Below are positions 1 to 8,998 of a DNA stretch of 64,000 nt, in pieces. The number at the start of each line of letters is the position of its first letter. Position 1 is the stretch's first letter. Source of the stretch: Candidatus Sericytochromatia bacterium. GTDB taxonomy: Bacteria > Cyanobacteriota > Sericytochromatia > S15B-MN24 > VGJW01. The notes beneath the pieces are model-generated. The model did no database searches, was not told where the DNA came from, and saw only the letters and a list, made by a program, of their open reading frames with translations. Position numbers and translations under genes: made by a program. The stretch covers positions 64,001 to 128,000 of the forward strand of contig JAYKHS010000014.1 of the NCBI GenBank assembly GCA_035285865.1, read 5' to 3'.

Positions 1-49
1 GCAACCGCAGCAGCAGGGGGGAAACCCTGGAGCCTTGGTGCTGGGTCAT
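1..49 (-). CDS. 5' end of a putative gene running off the left edge (MTQHQGSRVSPLLLRL...)
   Basis: ATG 5 nt after the stop of the 55..198 peptide gene; open frame to the window edge; too short to identify. Confidence 0.4.
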   Translation of the reverse strand, partial: MTQHQGSRVSPLLLRL

Positions 50-54
50 GAGCG

Positions 55-198
55 CTACTTGGGCTCCTTGGTGGGCTTGGGGAGCGGGCAGCTGCCATGG
101 CCACCGCCGCAATCGTGAGCGCTGGCCATCGAGCCGGTGCCCATCACGCCCATCACGCCCGCAACCAGGGCGGCGACCAGAATCTTCCGCATCATCAT
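55..198 (-). CDS. small secreted His/Cys-containing peptide (47 aa)
   Basis: MMMRKILVAALVAGVMGVMGTGSMASA-HDCGGGHGSCPLPKPTKEPK: basic N-terminus, hydrophobic core, AxA cleavage site; GAGGA upstream. Confidence 0.65.
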   Translation of the reverse strand: MMMRKILVAALVAGVMGVMGTGSMASAHDCGGGHGSCPLPKPTKEPK

Positions 199-287
199 TC
201 CATCCTCGTGGGTTAACTTGCCGTAAAGAAGAGGATAGCGAAGGACCTGGCGACATGGAGTCAAGGTAATGCAGATTGAAGAAAGAT

Positions 288-782
288 TTAATGAGGCCGG
301 CGATGCAGCAGGACCACGGCTTGTGCCGCGATGCCCTCGGCGCGGCCGATGGCCCCCAGATGGTCGGGAGTCGTCGCCTTGATGGATACGGCGTCCGTGC
401 CTGCGCCCAGGCGGCCGGCCAGCACGGCGCGCATCTCCGGGATCCATGGCTTGAGCCGCGGCCGCTGGGCGATGATGGTGAGGTCGGCGTTGCCCAGAAC
501 CCATCCGGCCCCATCCACCAACGCCGTGACGGTATCGAGCAGCACGAGGCTGCTCGCGCCCTTGAATCGCGGGTCACCGGGGGGGAAATGGGTACCCAGG
601 TCTCCCAGGGCCAGGGCACCCAGCAGCGCATCCATCAGCGCGTGGGTGACGGTGTCGGCATCGGAGTCCCCGTCGAGCCCCCGTTCGCCGGGGATGGTCA
701 CGCCACCGAGCACCAGCGGGCGGTCTTCCGCGAAGGCGTGCACATCGTAGCCGCTGCCGATGCGGATCGGGGGATGGAACAA
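288..782 (-). CDS. ispF: 2-C-methyl-D-erythritol 2,4-cyclodiphosphate synthase
   Basis: RIGSGYDVHAF, LVLGGVTIP, SDAD..TH, ALGDLGTHFP, SIKATT, GRAEGIAAQAV; TTG start at 782 (alternative ATG 815). Confidence 0.95.
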   Translation of the reverse strand: MFHPPIRIGSGYDVHAFAEDRPLVLGGVTIPGERGLDGDSDADTVTHALMDALLGALALGDLGTHFPPGDPRFKGASSLVLLDTVTALVDGAGWVLGNADLTIIAQRPRLKPWIPEMRAVLAGRLGAGTDAVSIKATTPDHLGAIGRAEGIAAQAVVLLHRRPH

Positions 783-814
783 GGTTGAAGCCTCCGTCTG
801 GTCTGCCCATGGCA

Positions 815-820
815 TAGCAT
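815..820 (+). promoter_or_regulatory. candidate -10 box (TAGCAT) 7 nt before the mnmG ATG, possible leaderless start
   Basis: TANNNT spacing to ATG 828; no SD in the 45-nt divergent gap. Confidence 0.3.
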
Positions 821-827
821 GGCAGCC

Positions 828-2690
828 ATGGAACGTGTCTGGGACGTCGTCGTCGTCGGCGGTGGCCACGCCGGCATCGAGGCGGGCATGGCCGCCCACC
901 GGCTGGGGGCCATGGTCCTGCTCGTCACCACGGATCGTGCCACCTTGGGCGCCATGCCCTGCAATCCGGCCATCGGCGGGCCCGCGAAGTCCACGCTGGT
1001 TCGCGAGGTTGATGCGCTTGGGGGATGGATGGCCCGCGCAGCCGATGCCTCCCGCATCCAGGCAAAGGTCCTGAATGCCAGCAAGGGACCTGCGGTGCAG
1101 GCCTTGCGCCTGCAGTGCGACAAGCATGCCTATGCGGCTTGGATGAATCGTCTGGTCTCTGCACACCTCACGGTGCTCGAGGCCTCGGCCCGGGATTTCG
1201 CCCCGATTCCCGGGGGGTGGTCCCTCGAGACGAATGTCGGTGCGGTCAAAGCCCGGAGCCTGGTGCTGACGACCGGCACGTTCATGTCCGGACTGTGTCA
1301 CACGGGCGCGGCCTCGAGTCCCGGCGGGCGAATCGGAGAAGCTCCGTCGACCGGTTTGTCCGAAGCCCTGCGGCGGCTGGGATTGCGCACGCGGCGCATG
1401 AAGACCGGCACGCCGCCCAGGGTGGATCGGCGCTCGCTGGACTTCAGCCAGATGCAGCAGGCCCCGGGGGATGCCGGGGACCTCGCGCTGTCCTTTCTGC
1501 CGCTCGATCGCAGCCATGTCGATGTCATGTGTCATCTTGTTTACACAAATGAAAAGACACATGAGATTGTTCGTGACAATATGCATTTGTCGCCAATGTT
1601 TCAGGGGCGGATCGAAGGGCCGGGACCGCGGTATTGCCCGAGCTTCGAGGACAAGGTCCACCGTTTTGCCGACAAGCCGGCTCATGGCCTCTTCATCGAG
1701 CCTGAGGGCCTCGAGACCGACTGGATCTACGTCCAGGGTTTCTCGACCTCGCTGCCTGCCGACGTGCAGCTGGCCATGCTGCGGACCCTGCCCGGATTCA
1801 GACAGGTCGAACTGCTGCGCCCCGGCTACGCCGTGGAGTACGACCAACTGCCCGCCATCCAGCTTGCTCCGACCCTCGAGGTCAAGGATTGGCCCGGTCT
1901 CTTCACGGCGGGCCAGATCAACGGCACCTCCGGCTACGAGGAGGCCGCCGCCCAGGGGCTGCTGGCCGGCCTGAACGCGGCGCGCCACGCTCGTGGAACC
2001 CCCGGTGTGGTCCTGCCCCGCGACGGATCGTTCCTGGGCACGCTGGTCGATGATCTGACGACCATGGACATCCCCGAGCCCTACCGGATGTTGACGGCGA
2101 GGTCGGAGTATCGGCTCGTGCTGCGCGGGGACAATGCCGACCTGCGCCTGACCCCCCTCGGGCGGGAGCTGGGTCTGGTGCCCGATGAACGATGGCAGGC
2201 TTTCGAGGCGCGACGCGAGGCGATTGCAGAGGCTCTGCGCTGGCTGGAACGGACCCGCATCCTGCCGTCTGCAGAGGTGGATGCTGTGCTGGCACCCCAC
2301 GGAGAGGCACTGGCTGTTCCCTCGACCCTGGCCGATCTCCTGCGTCGCCCGCGCGTGCCGGCCGAGACCGTCTGGGCGCTCGGGGCGCGCACGGGCGACG
2401 CTTCGGATGTCGTCGCGCAGGCGGCCATCACGACCAAGTACGCCGGCTACATCCGCCGGATGGAAGAGGACATCCGACGCCAGGCCGCCTCGGTCGCCGT
2501 CGCCATCCCCGCCGGACTCGACTATGGTCAGGTGCAGGGGCTGTCGCAGGAGGCGCGCGAGAAGTTGGGGCGCGTCCGGCCGACGACCCTGGGCCAGGCC
2601 CAGCGCATTCCCGGGGTGACGCCTGTGGACATCGGCCTGCTGCGCGTCCATCTGGCCCGCGTGTCCGGTGGTGCCCCCGTGGTAGCATGA
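828..2690 (+). CDS. mnmG: tRNA uridine-5-carboxymethylaminomethyl modification enzyme MnmG/GidA
   Basis: VVVGGGHAGIEA, MPCNPAIGGPAK, KTGTPPR, GPRYCPSFEDK, AGQINGTSGYEEAAAQG, EPYRMLTARSEYRL. Confidence 0.97.
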   Translation: MERVWDVVVVGGGHAGIEAGMAAHRLGAMVLLVTTDRATLGAMPCNPAIGGPAKSTLVREVDALGGWMARAADASRIQAKVLNASKGPAVQALRLQCDKHAYAAWMNRLVSAHLTVLEASARDFAPIPGGWSLETNVGAVKARSLVLTTGTFMSGLCHTGAASSPGGRIGEAPSTGLSEALRRLGLRTRRMKTGTPPRVDRRSLDFSQMQQAPGDAGDLALSFLPLDRSHVDVMCHLVYTNEKTHEIVRDNMHLSPMFQGRIEGPGPRYCPSFEDKVHRFADKPAHGLFIEPEGLETDWIYVQGFSTSLPADVQLAMLRTLPGFRQVELLRPGYAVEYDQLPAIQLAPTLEVKDWPGLFTAGQINGTSGYEEAAAQGLLAGLNAARHARGTPGVVLPRDGSFLGTLVDDLTTMDIPEPYRMLTARSEYRLVLRGDNADLRLTPLGRELGLVPDERWQAFEARREAIAEALRWLERTRILPSAEVDAVLAPHGEALAVPSTLADLLRRPRVPAETVWALGARTGDASDVVAQAAITTKYAGYIRRMEEDIRRQAASVAVAIPAGLDYGQVQGLSQEAREKLGRVRPTTLGQAQRIPGVTPVDIGLLRVHLARVSGGAPVVA

Positions 2691-2761
2691 CAGCCTGATT
2701 GCTGCTTTTCCGGTCGGGTGACGTGGCCCGCCGGCCTTTTCCGAGAAGGGGTTTGCGCGCC

Positions 2762-4465
2762 ATGGAACGCGACGTCGCCGAGATGGGTCTGGTCATCGTG
2801 GGCGGGGGGCCTGCCGGCTTCTCGTGCGCGCTGCGGCTCGCCCAGCTCATCGATGCCCATAATGCCGACGTGGCCGCAGGCCGCGTCTCCGGCACGCCGC
2901 TCGACAAGGAGTCCATCGTCGTCCTCGAGAAAGCGACGGACATCGGCAGCCACCAGCTTTCGGGTGCCGTCCTCGACCCGCGGGCCCTGCGCGAGCTGGT
3001 GCCCGACTTCATGGCCAAGGGCTGCCCCGTCGAGTCGCCCGTGACCTCGGACGAGGTGCTGGTCCTCGGCGAGGACTGGCAGTTCCGCCTCCCCGTCGTG
3101 CCACCGGCCCTCGACAACCACGGGAACCTCATCGTCTCGCTCAACCGTTTCACGGGCTGGCTCGCCGGGCTCGTCGAGCAGGCCGGAATCACCGTTGCGC
3201 CGGGCATGCCCGTTGGCAGCGTGCTGTACGAGGACGGTCGCGTCACGGGAGTCCGTGGCACGGACAACGGTCTCGATCGTGACGGCAAGCCCAAGGCCGG
3301 GGCCTATCAGCCCGGAACCGACTTCATCGCACCATTGACCATTTTTGCCGAGGGCACGCGCGGCCATCTGGCCAAGGACCTGGTGGCTCGCCTTGGCCTG
3401 GATGCAGGGCGCCATCCCCAGCGGTGGTCGCAGGGCATCAAGGAAATCTGGAAGATCCGCCCCGAGAAGCACCAGTTGGGCAAGGTCACCCACACCATGG
3501 GCTGGCCGCTGCGCAGCGAGGAGTATGGCGGCAGCTTCATCTACCACATTGCCGACAACCACGTGTCCATCGGCTTCGTCTCCGGTCTCGAGTACGCCGA
3601 CCCGCGTTTCGATCCGCATCGGGTCATGCAGCAGTTCAAGACTCATCCCCTCGTGCGCGATCTGCTCGAAGGCGCCACGCTCGTGCGTTACGGGGCGAAG
3701 ACCATTCCCTCCGGCGGCTGGCACACCATGCCCAAGCTCTCTTTCCCCGGGGGCCTGCTGCTGGGCGACAGCGCTGCCCTCGTCAACGGCATGCGCCTCA
3801 AGGGCATCCACACCGCGATGAAGTCGGGCATGCTGGCGGCCGAGACCGCCTTCGAGGCGATGAAGCGCGGCGAGGCCCCGCAGGACCTGCTCGATGGCTA
3901 CGAGACCCGGCTGCGCTCGTCCTGGGTGGGCCAGGAACTGCGTGCCGTCCGGGACTTCCACCAGGGCTTCGAGCGCGGTTTCTTCGCCGGTCTCATCAAT
4001 GCCGGCTTCGTGACGGTCTCCGGGGGCAAAGGGCTCTTCACCGACAGCCTCGGGCACTCAGGCGGCCACACCCGGATGCAATCGCTTGCCGCCTACTATC
4101 CCGATGGCGTGCCGGCCGACGACTTCCGTCCGGATGGCGTGCTGACCTTCCGCAAGCTGGATGAGGTCATCAAGAGCGGCACCATCCATGAGGAGAATCA
4201 GCCCTGCCATCTCGTCATCGCCGAGGAGGCCCGCGAGGACATCTGCAACGACCGCTGCACGCGCGAGTTCGGCAATCCCTGTCAGCACTTCTGTCCCGCC
4301 CAGGTGTACGAGATGGTGGCCGCAGGCGAGGGCGAGCAGGCTCGGCTCGTGATCAACGCCTCGAATTGTGTCCACTGCAAGACCTGCGACATCATGGATC
4401 CCTATCAGGTCATCCAGTGGGTCGCGCCCGAAGCGGGCGGCGGTCCCGTCTACAGCGGGATGTAG
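2762..4465 (+). CDS. electron transfer flavoprotein:quinone oxidoreductase
   Basis: FAD motif IVGGGPAG, GSHQLSGA, KGIHTAMKSGMLAAE; C-terminal 4Fe-4S HEENQPCHL, FCPAQVYE, NCVHCKTCDIMDP. Confidence 0.93.
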   Translation: MERDVAEMGLVIVGGGPAGFSCALRLAQLIDAHNADVAAGRVSGTPLDKESIVVLEKATDIGSHQLSGAVLDPRALRELVPDFMAKGCPVESPVTSDEVLVLGEDWQFRLPVVPPALDNHGNLIVSLNRFTGWLAGLVEQAGITVAPGMPVGSVLYEDGRVTGVRGTDNGLDRDGKPKAGAYQPGTDFIAPLTIFAEGTRGHLAKDLVARLGLDAGRHPQRWSQGIKEIWKIRPEKHQLGKVTHTMGWPLRSEEYGGSFIYHIADNHVSIGFVSGLEYADPRFDPHRVMQQFKTHPLVRDLLEGATLVRYGAKTIPSGGWHTMPKLSFPGGLLLGDSAALVNGMRLKGIHTAMKSGMLAAETAFEAMKRGEAPQDLLDGYETRLRSSWVGQELRAVRDFHQGFERGFFAGLINAGFVTVSGGKGLFTDSLGHSGGHTRMQSLAAYYPDGVPADDFRPDGVLTFRKLDEVIKSGTIHEENQPCHLVIAEEAREDICNDRCTREFGNPCQHFCPAQVYEMVAAGEGEQARLVINASNCVHCKTCDIMDPYQVIQWVAPEAGGGPVYSGM

Positions 4466-4473
4466 CCATCGCG

Positions 4474-4503
4474 AGGCCCGTCGGTCCCCGTACCGGCGGG
4501 CCT
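4474..4503 (+). terminator. hairpin after ETF-QO
   Basis: AGGCCCGTCGGT...ACCGGCGGGCCT inverted repeat 9 nt after the stop; weak U tract. Confidence 0.5.
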
Positions 4504-4563
4504 TGTCGCATCCGGGGCTTGCGCCATCGTTGCGCCTTCGTCGCGCCTGCACACCCCAAACAG

Positions 4564-4597
4564 GAAGTCGGTCCGCCCGCACGGGCAGACCGACTTC
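4564..4597 (-). terminator. hairpin after ferredoxin
   Basis: GAAGTCGGTCCGCCCG/CGGGCAGACCGACTTC stem followed by CTGTTT on the minus strand. Confidence 0.6.
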
Positions 4598-4636
4598 GGA
4601 AACCGGAACAACGGCCGTGAGGCCGCTGCTGCAGCG

Positions 4637-4834
4637 TCAGTCCGGCTCGATGGCACCGTCGATCGGGCAGGCCGCCAGGCAGGCCCCGCACGAGATGCAC
4701 ACGGCCTCGTCGATGAAGTAGAAGTTGGTGCCCTTGGTGTTGGTGCCGTCTCCGGGATGGATGCAATCCACGGGACAGACGGGCACGCAGTCGGCGACGC
4801 CTTCACAGACGTCCTTGAGAATGACGTAGGACAT
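4637..4834 (-). CDS. 2[4Fe-4S]/7Fe-type ferredoxin (65 aa)
   Basis: CEGVADCVPVCPVDCI and CISCGACLAACP. Confidence 0.93.
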   Translation of the reverse strand: MSYVILKDVCEGVADCVPVCPVDCIHPGDGTNTKGTNFYFIDEAVCISCGACLAACPIDGAIEPD

Positions 4835-4924
4835 GAATGGAAATCCTGAAGCAAGCGGAGACGGGACGACTCCCTAGGTGTTTCATCCTAGGGTCGCGCG
4901 GAGCCTCTGTCAAACGGCAGCCCG

Positions 4925-5704
4925 TCAGTGCTGCAGTTTCCAGCCCGAGCGGAAGACGGCCGTGACTCCGGCAAGCGCCACCACGGCCAAGCCCCCGACG
5001 ATGGAGAAGCCGTGGAGCACCGGCAATGCGGCGTGGCCGGTGACGGCCCAGCGCAGCATGTCGACCATCGGCGTCATCGGATTGAGCCTGGCGAGGGTGG
5101 CCAGCGGACCGGGGAGGCCGTCCTGGTGGACGGACAGGAAGACGCCGGCCGTGTAGACCAGCGGGGTCACGAGGAAGGTCTGCGGGATGGACATCTGATC
5201 GAAGCTCTCGGCCGCCAGCCCCATCAGCAGGCCGAGGCTCGCGAAGCACACGGCCAGCAGGATGACGAGAGCCACGAGCGCCACCGGATGCACGGGCAGG
5301 CTGGCCCCGTACGGCGTACCGACGAGGAGGCCCACGCCAAGCACCAATCCGGCGATGAGCAGCGCGCGCAGGATGGTCCCGGACAGCAGGCCGAGCACCA
5401 TCTCGAGTCGGGACAGCGGGGCCACCAGGATCTCCTGGATGCTGCCCGTGAACCGCAGGATGAACAGCGAGGCCGCTGATTCGCCGAAGCTCGTCTCGAC
5501 GATTTGCATGAACATGAGTCCGGGCAGCAGGAAGGCGACGTAGGGCAGGCCCTCCATCTCGCCCACGGCACGGCCGAGGCCGATCACGAACACCGTCAGG
5601 AACAGCACGGTCGCGATGATCGGCGGCCAGACGACCTGGTTGATGATTCTGAAGGTCCGACGCAACTCCCTGCGGCACAGCGTGAGGAGACCGACGAAGT
5701 TCAT
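4925..5704 (-). CDS. ABC-2 type transporter permease (YadH-like)
   Basis: RELRR..RI..QVVWPPI, YVAFLLPGL, GSIQEILVAPLS, NPMTPMVDMLR; about 6 TM; ATGA overlap with the ATPase stop. Confidence 0.88.
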   Translation of the reverse strand: MNFVGLLTLCRRELRRTFRIINQVVWPPIIATVLFLTVFVIGLGRAVGEMEGLPYVAFLLPGLMFMQIVETSFGESAASLFILRFTGSIQEILVAPLSRLEMVLGLLSGTILRALLIAGLVLGVGLLVGTPYGASLPVHPVALVALVILLAVCFASLGLLMGLAAESFDQMSIPQTFLVTPLVYTAGVFLSVHQDGLPGPLATLARLNPMTPMVDMLRWAVTGHAALPVLHGFSIVGGLAVVALAGVTAVFRSGWKLQH

Positions 5705-6642
5705 CGCGAGGCCTCGACTGCCGCCCGGTGGCTCGTGATCTCGAGGAACACGTCCTGCAGGCTCCGATGCCGCAGGTCCACCCGCGTCACCGGCCCGAGG
5801 GCCGACAGGCGCGTCATGCAGGCGGCCACCTGATCCGGAGTGAGGTTCCCGACGCGTACCGTCATGCGGCTCTCGTCCCAATCCAGGGCCGGCGGAGGCG
5901 TCGTGTCCTGCGGCATCGTGACCGGGGCCGCATAGGTGACTTCGAGGACTTGTCGCTCGCCTTGGCCCGTCAGCGTCCGCGTGGGTGCCAGCGCAAGGAT
6001 GCGCCCTTCGCGCATGATGCCGATGCGGCTGCAGAGTTGCTCGGCCTCTTCCAGATAATGCGTCGTCAGGATGATCGTCAGCCCCTCGTCCCGGCTGAGG
6101 GCGCGAAGCATAGACCAGAGCGCGAACCGCAGCTCGACGTCCACGCCGGCCGTCGGCTCGTCGAGGACCAGCACGCGCGGCCGATGGATGAGCGCCCGCG
6201 CGATCGTCAGGCGTCGCTTCATGCCCCCGCTCATCTTCTGGACCTCGCCGTCCCACTTGTCCCACAGGTCGAAGCGTTTCAGGAGGTCGTCCGCGCGCTC
6301 CGCACACGTTCGGGCCGGAATGCCGAAGTAGCCGGCCGAGTAGACCAGCGTCTCACGGACCGTCAGGTAGCGATCGAAGTTGTACTCCTGGGGCGCGAGG
6401 CCGATGTAAAGGCGGGCCCTGCGGGGCTCCCGAACCACATCCGCGCCGTGGACCTCGAGCGTCCCCTCGGTCGGAAGCGTCAGGCCGACGAGGCAGGAAA
6501 GCGTCGTGGTCTTGCCTGCACCATTGGGGCCCAGCAGCCCGAAGAACTCGCCTTCCGGAACCTCGAGGTCAAGGCCCCGGACGGCTTCGAGCGTGCCATA
6601 CCGCTTCACCAGGCCCGCGATGCGGACGGCAGCAGCGGTCAG
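5701..6642 (-). CDS. ABC transporter ATP-binding protein (YadG-like)
   Basis: GPNGAGKTT, MSGGMKRR, VLVLDEPT, LTTHYLEEA; start uncertain, CTG at 6642 proposed. Confidence 0.9.
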   Translation of the reverse strand: MTAAAVRIAGLVKRYGTLEAVRGLDLEVPEGEFFGLLGPNGAGKTTTLSCLVGLTLPTEGTLEVHGADVVREPRRARLYIGLAPQEYNFDRYLTVRETLVYSAGYFGIPARTCAERADDLLKRFDLWDKWDGEVQKMSGGMKRRLTIARALIHRPRVLVLDEPTAGVDVELRFALWSMLRALSRDEGLTIILTTHYLEEAEQLCSRIGIMREGRILALAPTRTLTGQGERQVLEVTYAAPVTMPQDTTPPPALDWDESRMTVRVGNLTPDQVAACMTRLSALGPVTRVDLRHRSLQDVFLEITSHRAAVEASR

Positions 6643-6851
6643 ACGACGCCCCCGAACTTCATGGAACCTCGCTTGCGCCGACGTCGCGGCGGCGTCGGGT
6701 CCGGCTCGCCCAGGCTGTCGAGCGGCGTCCAGCCGCACTCCGGGCACTTGGCCGTTTCGAGACGGATGGGATTCGCGTCCGTCGCCGTCACGGTGAAGGT
6801 ATGCTGGCAGCGACGGCAGCAGAAGGTGTAGGTGACGTGCTCCTGCGCCAT
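6639..6851 (-). CDS. small zinc-ribbon protein (70 aa)
   Basis: YTFCCRRCQHTF...AKCPECG, basic tail; abuts the ABC ATPase. Confidence 0.7.
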   Translation of the reverse strand: MAQEHVTYTFCCRRCQHTFTVTATDANPIRLETAKCPECGWTPLDSLGEPDPTPPRRRRKRGSMKFGGVV

Positions 6852-6871
6852 GATGGGGAGAAGTCTAGCAG

Positions 6872-7825
6872 ATGGACGCGCAACAACTGGTGACGGCTGT
6901 CCCTGGCTGCGGACCGTCCCGACCCGTGGGCATGCTCCGGGTCGAGGGCACGGAGGCCGCCGCGTTCCTCAATGGCTACACGACCCAGGAGGTCGCCACG
7001 CTGGTCCCCGGCGAGGTCCGGCTGGGCGCCATCACCGACTGGAAGGGCCAGGTGACGGATGTCGTGACCTTCGCGGGCCTGACGGATGCGGTGCTGGTCT
7101 CGGGCAGTCCAGGTCGTGCAGCAGAAGTCCACAAGGGCCTGCGGCGCTACCTGCTGGGCGTCGATGTCCGGCTCATGCCCGTGAGCGGTTGGCTGGCCCT
7201 CGAGTTGGACCCTGGGGCACGCCCGATGCCCGCGGTTCTCGAGGATACCGGGGCCATTGCCGCCGTACTCGGTCTCTCGGGGGTGCCGGGAGTCCGGGCG
7301 GTGCTGCTCGGTGCGGTCACGCCCTCCGCAGGCCCCGCTGCGCGGTTGCTCGTCCCCGAGGGTGATCTCCCTGCCTGGGGTGAGGCGATTCGGGCCGCCG
7401 GGTGGTCGTCGCGAGACCAGGAAACCTTCGACCGCCAGCGGATCCGATCGGGCTGGCCGGAGCCGGACCGGGATCTGCCGGCGGCCTGCAATCCCTGGGA
7501 GGCGCGGCTCGCACCCTTCGTCCGCATGGACAAGGGCTGCTATCTGGGCCAGGAAGTCGTGGCCCGCCTGATCAACTACAAGCGCGTCCAGCGCTGGTTG
7601 ATGGGCACCCGGTCCACGGCGGCCGTCCCCGAGGGCACGCCCCTCCTTTCCGGTGAGGAAACGGTCGGTCGCATGGGCTCGTCCGTCCCGGATGCGGCGG
7701 GCCAATGGGTGGGCCTTGCCCTCGTCGGGGCTGCCTTGGCGGTGCCCGGCGCTGTCGTCCGGACAGCCGAGGGGCAGGAACTGACGCTTGAGGAGCGGCC
7801 CCTGTGGGCCGGGATCACGGATTGA
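6872..7825 (+). CDS. ygfZ: folate-binding YgfZ/GcvT-family protein
   Basis: DKGCYLGQEVVAR signature; FLNGYTTQ N-terminal region. Confidence 0.88.
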   Translation: MDAQQLVTAVPGCGPSRPVGMLRVEGTEAAAFLNGYTTQEVATLVPGEVRLGAITDWKGQVTDVVTFAGLTDAVLVSGSPGRAAEVHKGLRRYLLGVDVRLMPVSGWLALELDPGARPMPAVLEDTGAIAAVLGLSGVPGVRAVLLGAVTPSAGPAARLLVPEGDLPAWGEAIRAAGWSSRDQETFDRQRIRSGWPEPDRDLPAACNPWEARLAPFVRMDKGCYLGQEVVARLINYKRVQRWLMGTRSTAAVPEGTPLLSGEETVGRMGSSVPDAAGQWVGLALVGAALAVPGAVVRTAEGQELTLEERPLWAGITD

Positions 7826-8477
7826 GGCGTGATCGCAGCCAACGGATGCCGAGGATGCCGGCCAGAAGGGTAAGCTGACGCCAGTCCGCCCGGGCCGCGA
7901 CATGCGGCGAACGGGCCCGGGAGGAGGGGCCGGCATGTTGTCCTGCGGTCCCGGAGGCCACGGTCCACGACACCGCCACCGCCGGCATGCCCTTGAAGCA
8001 ACCGGTGTCGCCCGAGGCCGGATCGTGGACGAGGGCAAACTGCCAGGGTTGGCGGAAGTGGTGCGCGTGCGTGTGCTGATCCGTGCCCGAAAGGAAGACG
8101 CCAAGGCCGGGATGCGTGTGGTACCAGCCGACCACGGCAAGCTCCGGAGCTTCCCTCGCCATCCGCGCCAGCAGGGCGTCCCACGTTTGCGGGGTGAAGG
8201 CAAGATGCACGCCGGAGCCCAGGGTGTCGGGAGCCTCGAAGGCCGTGGTGGCCTCGATCAGCGTGTCGGTGGCGTCATGGTGGACCTTGCCGAGCAGCAG
8301 GCCGCCCACCTCGCAGGAAGGTGACGCGGCCCCATGCCGTTCGATCAGGGCCAGGCAGGAAGCGTGCAGCACCACCGACGCGGATGAGGCTGACGGCCCC
8401 AGCGCACGCCGCCGCCCGGCCGGGTCTGTCGCGGCCTCGACCCACGGATCGGGCGTGGTCTCGCGCCACTCGATCAC
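7815..8477 (-). CDS. JAB/JAMM (Mov34/MPN/PAD-1) metalloprotease, putative deubiquitinase or Ubl-processing enzyme
   Basis: EVGGLLLG...VVGWYHTHPGLGVFLSGTD, complete E...HxHx7Sx2D motif; GTG start. Confidence 0.9.
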   Translation of the reverse strand: MIEWRETTPDPWVEAATDPAGRRRALGPSASSASVVLHASCLALIERHGAASPSCEVGGLLLGKVHHDATDTLIEATTAFEAPDTLGSGVHLAFTPQTWDALLARMAREAPELAVVGWYHTHPGLGVFLSGTDQHTHAHHFRQPWQFALVHDPASGDTGCFKGMPAVAVSWTVASGTAGQHAGPSSRARSPHVAARADWRQLTLLAGILGIRWLRSRLNP

Positions 8478-8481
8478 GGCG

Positions 8482-8997
8482 TCAGACGTCCCGCCATTCG
8501 AGGCGCGGCTTTGCGACCTCGGTGGCTTCTGCCGGTCCGGGCCGATCGGCCAGCGGAAACAGGTCCGGATGGGCTTCGTACCAGTCCGCGGCCTCGCCGT
8601 TCGCTGCGCTGTCGAAGTCGAAGAGCTGCGGATCGCAACGCAGGATGTCGATCAGCCGCATCACGAGGTCGCCCAGGGTCTCCCCGACCATCCAGCGCGA
8701 TCCCAAGCAGAACGTGCCGTTGGCGAAGACATGGGGATGGAAGACCGGCGACAAGGCCCGGACGATCGGTGCCTCGAGCGGATAGGCCGAGGTCAGTCGG
8801 ATCTCGATGCGGTGCTGTTCGCGGCGGACCGGGGTTTCGCCATCCAGCTTCTCGATGGCGGGCATCGTCAGGCGGATGAGGTGCCTGTCAGGCGGGGTGC
8901 CTTGCGATTGCAGGACCTCGACCACCGTCGGCAGTGTTTTCGCCACGGCGGCCAGCGCCCGGGCATCGGCATCGAGGCGACGTCGGCGGGCCTCCAT
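8482..8997 (-). CDS. ubiquitin-conjugating enzyme (E2/UBC fold)
   Basis: YPLEAPIV...PVFHPHVFANGTFCLG..W....TLGDLV...AANGEAADWY; catalytic Cys present. Confidence 0.88.
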   Translation of the reverse strand: MEARRRRLDADARALAAVAKTLPTVVEVLQSQGTPPDRHLIRLTMPAIEKLDGETPVRREQHRIEIRLTSAYPLEAPIVRALSPVFHPHVFANGTFCLGSRWMVGETLGDLVMRLIDILRCDPQLFDFDSAANGEAADWYEAHPDLFPLADRPGPAEATEVAKPRLEWRDV

Positions 8998-8998
8998 C

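Noticed and set aside
783..2651. 787-aa ORF extending ispF upstream
   Set aside because: The extension is the antisense shadow of mnmG; IspF similarity starts near 782
199..2761. oriC or parS near mnmG
   Set aside because: No TTATCCACA cluster or parS palindrome found by eye; neighbours are not dnaA/parAB
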